Shown here piece by piece: positions 39,862 to 48,044 of a stretch of 48,044 bases of DNA. This stretch comes from Sphingobium sp. (GTDB taxonomy: Bacteria > Pseudomonadota > Alphaproteobacteria > Sphingomonadales > Sphingomonadaceae), in the NCBI GenBank assembly GCA_050176605.1, contig JBFXHW010000001.1:1-48044 (forward strand), in the 5' to 3' direction. A model generated the notes under the pieces. That model was given only the letters and a program-made list of their open reading frames with translations, was not told where the DNA came from and did no database searches. Numbering within the stretch: position 1 is the stretch's first letter; every line of letters begins with the position of its first letter. Position numbers and translations under genes: made by a program.

Positions 39862-40578
39862 TTATGCAAGCAGGGCGCGGCAGCGCTCCACCACAGGCGC
39901 GAGTATGTCTGTGAAGCGCCGCTGGCCATCCGGGCTGCCCGCGATATCCTGCCGCATTTCGATGCCGAGATAGGGGACGCCGTTCGCCTCCGCATGGCGG
40001 TTCATCGTCGCGTTGAGCAGCCTGCCGGAATAGGGAAGCTGGTCGCCCACGACGAGCCCTGCGTCCTCCAGCATCGGGATGGCGATGCGCGGGGCGCGCT
40101 CGTCCTCGTTATAGAGGACGCCGATCTCCCAGGGGCGCTGGTGATCGGGATCGCTCGCAAAACTCGCCGTAAAGCTGTGCAGTGACAGGATGAACGGCCT
40201 TTCGATTCCGGCCAGCCGCGCCGCGATCTCGGCATGATAGGGGCGGTAGAAGCGGGCGAGCCGAGCCTCGCTGTCGGCGCCAAGATTGCCCGGAATCATA
40301 TGTCCGTCGCTCATTTCGGTGATGAGGCCAGGCGCGTCCTCTTCGCGGTTGAAATCAATTACGAGGCGGGACACACCGCCCAGTATTGCGCGGCAACCCA
40401 GCCTTTCGGCCAGCAGCCCCGCGACGGCCGCGACGCCGACATCGACCGCGATATGCTCGTTCAGCAGCGCCGGATCAATACCAAGGTCGATGTCGTCGGG
40501 CACATGATTGGACGCATGGTCGGCAATGATCAGGACAGGCGCATTGCCGCCATCGATCAGTCGGAACGCCTCGTTCAT
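39862..40578 (-). CDS. N-formylglutamate amidohydrolase family protein
   Basis: DHASN, HIAVDVG, SRLVIDFNR, SLHSFT, RPWEIGVL, IEMRQD. Confidence 0.88.
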   Translation of the reverse strand: MNEAFRLIDGGNAPVLIIADHASNHVPDDIDLGIDPALLNEHIAVDVGVAAVAGLLAERLGCRAILGGVSRLVIDFNREEDAPGLITEMSDGHMIPGNLGADSEARLARFYRPYHAEIAARLAGIERPFILSLHSFTASFASDPDHQRPWEIGVLYNEDERAPRIAIPMLEDAGLVVGDQLPYSGRLLNATMNRHAEANGVPYLGIEMRQDIAGSPDGQRRFTDILAPVVERCRALLA

Positions 40579-41414
40579 CTCAATGCCCCCGTCATCGTCC
40601 ACCAGCCGGGATGGATCGCCCGGATTGCCGTTTCGGCCATATCGCACGCGCGCGCGTCCCCGAACAGCGCGAAGCATGTCGCGCCCGATCCCGACATGCG
40701 CGAAAGGACGGCGCCCGGCTGCGCCGCCAGCGCCGCCAGCACCTCGCCGATTTCAGGAACCAGTCGGCGGGCCGGCTCCTCCAGATCGTTGCGACCGCTC
40801 TGCCATTCTTCGGGATCCAGCGCGCCCTGATCCACCCCGTCCCACGCCGCGAACACCGGCCCGGTCGGACAGGGCAGGCGCGGATTGACGAGCAGCACGG
40901 GCCTGCCCGAAAGATCGAGATCGACAGGCTCCAGCCGCTCTCCGACCCCCGTGCCGAACAGCGTCGCCGACGCGAGGCAGGCGGGCACATCGGCACCCAG
41001 AGTGCGCGCAATCAGGGGAAAATCGAGGGTAGCCGGGTTGATACCCCACAGCCGCACCAGGAGGCGCAACGCGGCGGCCGCATCGGCCGATCCACCGCCC
41101 AGACCGGCCGCGACCGGCAACATCTTGTCGAGCATGATCCGCGCGCCCGCGCCGCCGCCCGCCGCATCGGCAAGTGCCATTGCCGCGCGGACCACCAGAT
41201 TGTCCTCGCCTTCTCCCACCTCTCCGGCGAAGGGGCCGGAAACAGTCAGCGTCAGGTTGTCGGCGGGTTCCGCCCGGAGCCGGTCGCCACCATCCACGAA
41301 GGCGAATAAAGTCTCGATCTCATGATAGCCGTCCGGCCTTCTTGCGCGGACATGAAGGGCGAGGTTGATCTTGGCAAAGGCCGTTTCGGAGAGCGTTTCG
41401 ACGGCGACTGTCAT
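40575..41414 (-). CDS. ispE: 4-diphosphocytidyl-2-C-methyl-D-erythritol kinase
   Basis: AKINLALHV, DGYHEIET, PVAAGLGGGSADAAA, LGADVP, RMSGSGATCF. Confidence 0.96.
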   Translation of the reverse strand: MTVAVETLSETAFAKINLALHVRARRPDGYHEIETLFAFVDGGDRLRAEPADNLTLTVSGPFAGEVGEGEDNLVVRAAMALADAAGGGAGARIMLDKMLPVAAGLGGGSADAAAALRLLVRLWGINPATLDFPLIARTLGADVPACLASATLFGTGVGERLEPVDLDLSGRPVLLVNPRLPCPTGPVFAAWDGVDQGALDPEEWQSGRNDLEEPARRLVPEIGEVLAALAAQPGAVLSRMSGSGATCFALFGDARACDMAETAIRAIHPGWWTMTGALR

Positions 41415-43042
41415 GGTCTGGCGGAGACGCCCCGGCTTTCGTTCCCACGCTCGATCTTGCTCGCGATCTCCTTGCGCCGCGTCTCGTCCCCCGCCTCATC
41501 GTCCAGCCCGACCAGCGCGGCTTTCCAGGCATAGCGCGCCTCGAAGCGGCGGCCCATCGCCCACAGAAGATCGCCCATATGGTCGTTGATCTCTGCGTTT
41601 TCCGGTGCTGCCGCTACCGCATCCTGCAACAGCGGCAGCGCCTTGTCATACTGGCCGGACCGGAAAAAGGCCCAGCCCAGACTGTCGGTGAAGGCCGGTT
41701 CCTGCGGCCGGAGCCGGTTCGCCTTTTCGAGCAGCCTGATCGCCTCGGGCAGGTTCTCGCTGCGGTCGGCCAGCGCATAGCCCAGATGATTGAGGGCGGG
41801 CGCGCTGTCGGGCGACAGTTCCACCACCTGTTCGAGAATGGGCCTGGCCACCTGCCATTTCCCGGCCTGTTCCAGCGCGCCGCCCAGTTGCAGCAACAGC
41901 GCCGCGTCGGCCTTTCCCTCCTGCGCAGCGCGCACCCCGCCATAGGCATCGGCTGCCGCCGCATAGTCTCCCGCCTGCATCAGCACATCGCCCAGCAGAC
42001 GCTGCGCGCGCGCGCTTCCATCGGATGCCGCAATGGCTCTCGCCTGTTCGACCGCTTCCTCGTTGCGCCCCTGCGCCAGCCGCGCCTGCAACCGGACCGC
42101 CTGTGCGTTCAGCCATCCTGCCGAGCCAGGCAGGATCTTCCCGGCTTCCGAATAGGCCGTGTCGCGATAGCCGGAGGCAAGCGCCGCGCGGGCGACGGCA
42201 AGGCGGACATCCTCGTCCGACGGGTCGGCAAAGCTCGCCATGCGGGCGATGCTCAGCGTCGCGGTACCCTCGCCCTGACCCAACAGATCGAGCGCCAGCC
42301 GGACCATCAGCGTGGCAAGGCCGGATTGCGGCGAATCGGGGAAATTGCGATAGCGCTTCCGCGCGTCGATCAACATCGCTTCCGGATCATCGGCGGCGCC
42401 GTCGGTCAGCACCTGAATGGCGATCTCATGGTTGCCCATCCGGTCGAAGCGCACCGCAATCCGCGCCCGCTCTTGGGCACCGAAAGGCGTTCCGCGTGCC
42501 TTCGCCTGCGCATAGGCTTCCTCCGCGCCCTTTACATCGCCCAGCGCCAGCCGCTGGAGCAGGAGCTGCTCCTCCAGATAGCGAATGGCGAACGCCGCAT
42601 AGGGCTCGGCCGCCGGAACGACAGGGAGGTCATAGGGGCCATCGCGCATCGACACCCAGCTCGTCATGAACGGGACGAGGAAGCCGAGATTCTGTTCCTG
42701 CTCCAGCCTGTCGATCAGGCCCCGTGCCTCGTCCCACTTCTTCCGGTCGAGCGCGTCGATCAGCAGCAGGACGGTGCCGTCGCGCGGCAGCTGCCCGATC
42801 TGATCGAGCGCATGGGCCGTCCGCAGCGCCAGCGCCTTGTCGCCCGCCAGCACGGCCTGGCGAAAACCGCGCCGCGCCACCTCGGGATTGGAGGGGTCGA
42901 GCACCGCTGCCTGCCGATAGGCGCTGGCCGCATCGAGCAGCGAGCCCTCTGCCTCCGCAAGCCGGGCGCGCGCATAGGCCTCCATGCGCAGATCCTCTCC
43001 GGCCGGCTCGCGGCTGGCGACTGCCGGGGCGGAGAGCATCAC
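41411..43042 (-). CDS. Exported tetratricopeptide repeat protein; true start probably further upstream
   Basis: Multiple TPR units with ALNHLGYALAD, DSLGWA and HMGDLLW; lies upstream of ispE. The frame stays open to about 43150 but has no further ATG, GTG or TTG. Confidence 0.85.
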   Translation of the reverse strand: MMLSAPAVASREPAGEDLRMEAYARARLAEAEGSLLDAASAYRQAAVLDPSNPEVARRGFRQAVLAGDKALALRTAHALDQIGQLPRDGTVLLLIDALDRKKWDEARGLIDRLEQEQNLGFLVPFMTSWVSMRDGPYDLPVVPAAEPYAAFAIRYLEEQLLLQRLALGDVKGAEEAYAQAKARGTPFGAQERARIAVRFDRMGNHEIAIQVLTDGAADDPEAMLIDARKRYRNFPDSPQSGLATLMVRLALDLLGQGEGTATLSIARMASFADPSDEDVRLAVARAALASGYRDTAYSEAGKILPGSAGWLNAQAVRLQARLAQGRNEEAVEQARAIAASDGSARAQRLLGDVLMQAGDYAAAADAYGGVRAAQEGKADAALLLQLGGALEQAGKWQVARPILEQVVELSPDSAPALNHLGYALADRSENLPEAIRLLEKANRLRPQEPAFTDSLGWAFFRSGQYDKALPLLQDAVAAAPENAEINDHMGDLLWAMGRRFEARYAWKAALVGLDDEAGDETRRKEIASKIERGNESRGVSARP

Positions 43043-43106
43043 GGCCCACAGGCCCAGCAGGACACCAGCGCCGCCGTAGCGCCGGTGTGTCAGATGCCTC
43101 AGCCGC

Positions 43107-44759
43107 CTACATATTCGGATAATTGGGACCTCCGCCGCCTTCCGGTGTCACCCAGTTGATGTTCTGGGTCGGGTCCTTGATATCGCATGTCTTGCAGTGG
43201 ACGCAATTCTGCGCGTTGATCTGAAAGCGTGGCGCGCCCTCATCCTCTCCGACGACCTCATAGACGCCTGCCGGGCAATAGCGCTGCGCCGGTTCGTCAT
43301 AGAGCGGGAGATTATAGTCGATCGGAACCGACGGGTCCTTGAGCTGAAGGTGGACCGGCTGGTCCTCCTCATGATTGGTATTGGAAATGAACACAGAGGA
43401 CAGCCGGTCGAAGCTGATCACACCATCGGGCTTGGGATAGTCGATCGGCTTGCAATGCTCCTTGCGCCACAATTTGGTGTGATCGGGCTTGTGCTTCATC
43501 GTGATTGGCAGGCCGATCTTCAGCACCCGCATCCACATGTCGATGCCGGCAAGCACGGTACCCAGCGTGTTGCCATATTTGGAGACCGCAGGCTCTGCGT
43601 TCTTCACCAGCTTCAGCTCGTCCGCGATCCAGCTTTCCCGCACCGCCGCGCCATAATCGCTCAGTTCGTCGCCGGACCGGTCGGCCGAAACCGCCGCGAA
43701 GGCCGCCTCTGCCGCCAGCATCGCCGATTTCATAGCCGTGTGTGTACCCTTGATGCGCGGCACGTTGACGAACCCGGCACTGCACCCGATCAGCGCGCCA
43801 CCGGGAAATTCCAGCTTGGGTATGGACTGCCAGCCGCCTTCGTTGATCGCGCGCGCGCCGTAGGAGACGCGCCGCCCACCCTCGAGATATTTGCGGATGT
43901 CAGGATGCTGCTTCCAGCGCTGGAATTCCTCGAACGGAAAGAGATAGGGATTTTTGTAGGACAGGCCGACAACGAAGCCCAGCGCCACCTGACCGTTCGC
44001 CTGATGATAGAGGAAGCCGCCGCCATAGGCATCTGTCAGCGGCCAGCCCTGGGTGTGAATGACGAGACCCGGCTGGTGCTTCGCCGGGTCGATATCCCAC
44101 AGCTCCTTCATGCCAAGGCCATAGACCTGCGGCTCGCTGTCCGCCTCCAGATCATATTTCGCCTTCAGTTGCTTGGTCAGGTGGCCGCGCGCGCCCTCCG
44201 CGAACAGGGTATAGCGCGCGTGCAGCTCCAGCCCCGGCTGATAGTCGGGCTTGTGGTTGCCCTCGCGGTCCACGCCCATGTCGCCGGTGGCGACGCCCTT
44301 CACGCTGCCGTCTTCATGATAGAGGATTTCGGCGGCCGGAAATCCGGGGAAGATCTCGACGCCCAGTCCCTCGGCCTGTTCGCCGAGCCAGCGGCAGAGA
44401 TTGCCGAGGCTGCCGGTATAGGTTCCCTCATTGTGCATGAACTTCGGCGTCATGATGTGCGGCATGGCCATCTTGCCGCCTTCGGTCAGAAACCAGTGCT
44501 GGTTGTCCGTCACCGGCACGTCGGCAAGGCTGCAGCCCATATCGCGCCACTCGGGGATCAGCTCGTCGAGCGCCCTGGGATCGATCACCGCGCCGGACAG
44601 GATATGCGCGCCGATTTCCGACCCTTTTTCAAGGATGCAGACCGAAATTTCCTTACCGGCCTCGTTCGCAAGCTGCTTCAGCCGGATCGCGGCGGAAAGG
44701 CCAGCCGGCCCGCCACCCACGATCACGACGTCGTAAGGCATGGATTCGCGTTCAGTCAT
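43107..44759 (-). CDS. etfD: Electron transfer flavoprotein-ubiquinone oxidoreductase
   Basis: DVVIVGGGPAGL FAD motif, GAHILSGA, CPAGVYE, NCVHCKTCDIKDP 4Fe-4S motif, GGGPNY. Confidence 0.96.
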   Translation of the reverse strand: MTERESMPYDVVIVGGGPAGLSAAIRLKQLANEAGKEISVCILEKGSEIGAHILSGAVIDPRALDELIPEWRDMGCSLADVPVTDNQHWFLTEGGKMAMPHIMTPKFMHNEGTYTGSLGNLCRWLGEQAEGLGVEIFPGFPAAEILYHEDGSVKGVATGDMGVDREGNHKPDYQPGLELHARYTLFAEGARGHLTKQLKAKYDLEADSEPQVYGLGMKELWDIDPAKHQPGLVIHTQGWPLTDAYGGGFLYHQANGQVALGFVVGLSYKNPYLFPFEEFQRWKQHPDIRKYLEGGRRVSYGARAINEGGWQSIPKLEFPGGALIGCSAGFVNVPRIKGTHTAMKSAMLAAEAAFAAVSADRSGDELSDYGAAVRESWIADELKLVKNAEPAVSKYGNTLGTVLAGIDMWMRVLKIGLPITMKHKPDHTKLWRKEHCKPIDYPKPDGVISFDRLSSVFISNTNHEEDQPVHLQLKDPSVPIDYNLPLYDEPAQRYCPAGVYEVVGEDEGAPRFQINAQNCVHCKTCDIKDPTQNINWVTPEGGGGPNYPNM

Positions 44760-44847
44760 CTTTGTCTCCGCCCGGGATCGCTGTCCGTCTTGAGTCTCCG
44801 GTTGGCGTGCAGTTCCAACGCTTCGGCAAGGGAATGCGATGACCCGT

Positions 44848-44865
44848 CTTGACGAATTCGTCAAG
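44848..44865. promoter_or_regulatory. Perfect 18-bp palindrome, candidate operator
   Basis: CTTGACGAATTCGTCAAG between the divergent ETF-QO and UDG-like genes. Confidence 0.6.
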
Positions 44866-44884
44866 TCATGGCCCAAATGAAGCA

Positions 44885-45625
44885 ATGTCGGGGGATATGA
44901 ATATCATGGCCCACGGCGGTGGCACACGCGCCCATATCGATGGGTTCTTGGCGTGGTGGGCGCTGGCCGGGGTCGACATGGCCGTGGACGAGGAGTGCGT
45001 GAACTGGCTGCGTCCTGCCGTGCCGCCTGCTGGCGCGCGCGCGGGCGCTCCGCCGCATGGTCAGGCCGCGCCAGCGGCAGCGCTGCCGACAGACCTTGCA
45101 GCATTTCACGATCATCTCGCCAATGCATCGAATCTGCCCGAACAGCGCTGGCCCGGCAAGCGCGTCCTGCCGCAAGGGCCGGGCAATGCGAGACTGATGC
45201 TGGTCTTCGCCAGCCCGGAATCGCGAGACACTCTGATCTCCGGCGATGCGCAAAAGCTGCTGGATCGCATGCTCGGCGCCATCGGGCTTGTCGCGGAAGA
45301 GGCCTATTTCGCCTCGCTCAGCCTCGTCACGCCCCCCGGCGGCCAGATCGACGAGGACGCCCTCGAACCGCTGGCCGCGCGCATGCGCCACCATATCGGG
45401 CTGGTCGCGCCAAAGGCGCTGCTGATCGTCGGCGATCAGACGAACCGTGCGCTGGCGCCGACGACAGATGGCTCCGGCGGCGGAAATTTACCTTTTGTTA
45501 ACTATTCTGGCGGCATTGTTAACGCGGCGATGATCGTGCACCCCCGGCTGCTGCTGAAACAGCCATGGGCAAAGGCGGGTGCATGGAACGCTCTGCGGCA
45601 GGTGGCGGGGATTTGGAAACGGTGA
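44885..45625 (+). CDS. Uracil-DNA glycosylase family 4-like protein with degenerate catalytic motifs
   Basis: GPGNARLMLV, KLLDRMLGAIGL, PPGG, HIGLVAPKALLIVG, HPRLLL...KAGAW. Start uncertain (44885, 44897 or 44906). Confidence 0.75.
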   Translation: MSGDMNIMAHGGGTRAHIDGFLAWWALAGVDMAVDEECVNWLRPAVPPAGARAGAPPHGQAAPAAALPTDLAAFHDHLANASNLPEQRWPGKRVLPQGPGNARLMLVFASPESRDTLISGDAQKLLDRMLGAIGLVAEEAYFASLSLVTPPGGQIDEDALEPLAARMRHHIGLVAPKALLIVGDQTNRALAPTTDGSGGGNLPFVNYSGGIVNAAMIVHPRLLLKQPWAKAGAWNALRQVAGIWKR

Positions 45626-47355
45626 AACAACTTCCATTCTTGATGGCGGCGGGCGTGCTGGCGCTGCAGGCGGGTATTGCCCGTGCCGACGAACCCACTC
45701 TCCAGACCGGCCGGTCGGATACGGCCAGCGCGATCGAGGATGTCCGCCCGCTTGCCGGCAAGGACGCCTATCGCGCCATCTTCGCGGCGCTGCGCGCGTC
45801 GAACTGGGCCGAGGCGAAGTCACGCATCCTGCTGCTCGACAAGAATGATCCGGTTCGCGCGGTGGCGCTTTCTGAGCTGTACACCGCGAAGAACTCTCCC
45901 CGCGTCGAGCTGTTCGACCTTCTCGCTCTGCTCAACACCGCGAACTGGCTGCCGGACACGGATCAGCTCGGCCGCATGGCGCAGAAGCGCGGCGCGGAAC
46001 TGATCCCCGATGGCCCGCAGACGCGCAAGCTCATGTATCTGGGGGCCGCGCCCAAGCGGCGCTATATCACCCCGACGCGCGAGGACACGGCCGCGCAGGC
46101 GCTGGTCGCGCAGATCCTGCCCTATATCAAGAATGACGATCCCGCCGGCGCCGAGGCGCTGCTCGCTCCGGCTGAGCCCGGCCTGTCGCCTGACGGCATA
46201 GCCGAGGTGCGGCAGCGGGTCGCCTGGTCCTATTATATCGAGAATGACGACGCCGGCGCGCGCCGCCTTGCCTCACGCGCGCTCGAAAGCGGATCGGGGG
46301 GCGACTGGGCGGTGCAGGCGCACTGGACGATCGGTCTCTCCGCATGGCGCCAGAACGATCTGCGCGGAGCGGCGGCCTCCTTCGAACAGGTCGCGGGCCG
46401 CGCCTCCAACGAGGACATGCGTTCTGCCGGCGCCTATTGGGCCGCTCGCGCATGGATGAACGCGGGCCAGCCTGCCCGGGTGCAGTCGCTGTTGCGGCTT
46501 GCCGCAAGGTCGGCGGACAGCTTCTACGGCATGCTCGCGCGCGAAACGCTCGGCATCACTGCACCGGCACCCGCCGCCAACCCGCTGCTTTCGGCAGAGA
46601 TTGCCGACCGGCCCGCCGTTCGCGCCGCCGTGTCGCTGCACGAGATTGGCGAGGACGGTTTTGCCGACGAACTGCTGCGCCGTCAGGCGGAGATCGGCGA
46701 CGCGCGCGAGTTCGACGCCCTGCTCTCGCTCACCGATACGCTGAACCTGCCCGAAACCCAGCTCTGGCTCGCGCATCATGGCCCCGCGGGGCATGAGCCG
46801 GACAGCTTCGCCCGCTTTCCCATGCCCAAATGGGCTCCGGACGGCGGCTGGCGCGTCGACCCGGCGCTTGTGTTCGCGCACACGCTTCAGGAATCGAATT
46901 TCCGCGCCCGCGCCGTCAGCCCGGCAGGCGCGCGCGGCCTGATGCAGGTCATGCCCGGCACCGCGAAGCTGGTGTCCGGCTCGCCCGATCAGCTTTTCAA
47001 TCCGTCCACCAACATGGAATATGGCCAGCGCTATCTGGAGCAGCTGCGCGATTCGTCGGCGACCGGCGGCCTGCTGCCGAAGGTGATGGCGGCCTATAAC
47101 GCCGGGCCGGCACCCGTGGCGCGCTGGGCCACCGAGGTTCGCGACGGCGGCGATCCGCTGCTGTTCATGGAATCGCTGCCCTATTACGAAACGCGCGCCT
47201 ATGTGAACATCGTCATGCGCAATTACTGGATGTACGAGCTGCGCGAAGACGGCAAGGCGGATGCGCTGACCGCGATGGCGGAGGGCAAATGGCCCGCCTT
47301 CCCGACGATGAAGAACGGCAAGACCGTTGCAATGAGCTACCGGATGAAACGCTGA
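45622..47355 (+). CDS. Slt70-like soluble lytic transglycosylase
   Basis: Signal peptide, helical repeat region, SLT motifs [31 protein letters not shown]; GTGA overlap with the upstream gene. Confidence 0.92.
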   Translation: MKQLPFLMAAGVLALQAGIARADEPTLQTGRSDTASAIEDVRPLAGKDAYRAIFAALRASNWAEAKSRILLLDKNDPVRAVALSELYTAKNSPRVELFDLLALLNTANWLPDTDQLGRMAQKRGAELIPDGPQTRKLMYLGAAPKRRYITPTREDTAAQALVAQILPYIKNDDPAGAEALLAPAEPGLSPDGIAEVRQRVAWSYYIENDDAGARRLASRALESGSGGDWAVQAHWTIGLSAWRQNDLRGAAASFEQVAGRASNEDMRSAGAYWAARAWMNAGQPARVQSLLRLAARSADSFYGMLARETLGITAPAPAANPLLSAEIADRPAVRAAVSLHEIGEDGFADELLRRQAEIGDAREFDALLSLTDTLNLPETQLWLAHHGPAGHEPDSFARFPMPKWAPDGGWRVDPALVFAHTLQESNFRARAVSPAGARGLMQVMPGTAKLVSGSPDQLFNPSTNMEYGQRYLEQLRDSSATGGLLPKVMAAYNAGPAPVARWATEVRDGGDPLLFMESLPYYETRAYVNIVMRNYWMYELREDGKADALTAMAEGKWPAFPTMKNGKTVAMSYRMKR

Positions 47356-47882
47356 TGCCGATCGACGAGGGCATCGCCTTCACCCCGGTCCGGATTGCCA
47401 TCCTCACCGTTTCCGACACACGCAGCCTTGCCGACGACCGGTCCGGCGACACGCTCGCCGGGCGGATACAGGCCGCCGGGCATGAACTGGTGGCACGCGA
47501 GATAGAGCGCGACGATGTCGAGGCGATCCTCGCCCATTTCCACCGCTGGATCGACGATCCGGAAACCGACTGCATCATCACCACCGGCGGTACCGGCGTC
47601 ACCGGCCGCGACGTGACGCCCGAGGCGCTGGCGAAGGTTCAGGACAAGGACATTCCCGGCTTTGGCGAGCTGTTCCGCTGGATTTCCTATGACAAGATCG
47701 GCACCTCGACCATCCAGTCGCGCGCCTGCGCCTGTGTTGCGCGCGGCACCTATATCTTCGCGCTGCCCGGCAGCACCGGCGCGGTGAAGGACGGATGGGA
47801 CGGCATTCTCGCCTTCCAGCTCGACAATCGTCACAAGCCCTGCAACTTCGTCGAGCTCATGCCGCGCCTGCGCGAACGCTGA
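47355..47882 (+). CDS. moaB: Molybdenum cofactor biosynthesis protein B
   Basis: [48 protein letters not shown]. Confidence 0.95.
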   Translation: MPIDEGIAFTPVRIAILTVSDTRSLADDRSGDTLAGRIQAAGHELVAREIERDDVEAILAHFHRWIDDPETDCIITTGGTGVTGRDVTPEALAKVQDKDIPGFGELFRWISYDKIGTSTIQSRACACVARGTYIFALPGSTGAVKDGWDGILAFQLDNRHKPCNFVELMPRLRER

Positions 47883-48044
47883 TCAGTCTTCCTTCACATA
47901 GACGGCCAGTTCCAGCCCGTCGGGATCGGTAAAGTGAAATCGCCTGCCACCGGGATAGGGATAGATATCCTGGCTGATCGTGCCGCCAGCGGCGACGACA
48001 GCCTCTCGCGCGGCCGCGATGTTCCCGACCTCGATCACCGGCAG
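47883..48044 (-). CDS. VOC/glyoxalase family protein, C-terminal part (begins beyond window end)
   Basis: Manual translation: LPVIEVGNIAAAREAVVAAGGTISQDIYPYPGGRRFHFTDPDGLELAVYVKED, then stop. Confidence 0.85.
   Translation of the reverse strand: MPVIEVGNIAAAREAVVAAGGTISQDIYPYPGGRRFHFTDPDGLELAVYVKED

Noticed and set aside
44848-44865. FNR/FixK box interpretation of the palindrome
   Set aside because: FNR and FixK sites are TTGAT-N4-ATCAA. This site is TTGAC-N6-GTCAA, so the spacing is wrong.

Overview
GC-rich chromosomal window, probably from a sphingomonad alphaproteobacterium (inferred from gene content and order; not verified by search). It is mostly housekeeping genes: the start of the F0 ATPase operon, ydbH-ynbE-ydbL, radC, purB, lapA-pyrF-trpF-trpB-trpA-accD-folC, ampG, rluB-rsmD, uvrD-MFS-cysK-cell wall hydrolase-sdaA, liuR with an acyl-CoA dehydrogenase, a long minus-strand run from ETF-QO to hisI, and UDG-like/SLT/moaB. 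An accessory block of about 6.4 kb between purB and lapA encodes a globin-coupled chemoreceptor, a PhoX-like protein with an RTX tail, a membrane chemoreceptor, and an exported stand-alone TonB C-terminal domain behind a near-consensus sigma28 promoter. Main non-obvious signals: (1) a 16-codon two-Trp peptide ([16 protein letters not shown]) coupled to the end of trpF, a candidate intra-operonic trpBA attenuator; (2) the sigma28-driven soluble TonB domain beside a chemoreceptor; (3) a 147-bp MITE between accD and folC; (4) a Fur-like box before an unknown Cys-containing protein; (5) two LiuR-type palindromes; (6) a TPR gene that appears to need a non-canonical start codon; (7) a catalytically degenerate UDG-family protein. 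I saw no rRNA, tRNA, CRISPR array, transposase or integrase. All product calls come from motif recognition by eye.
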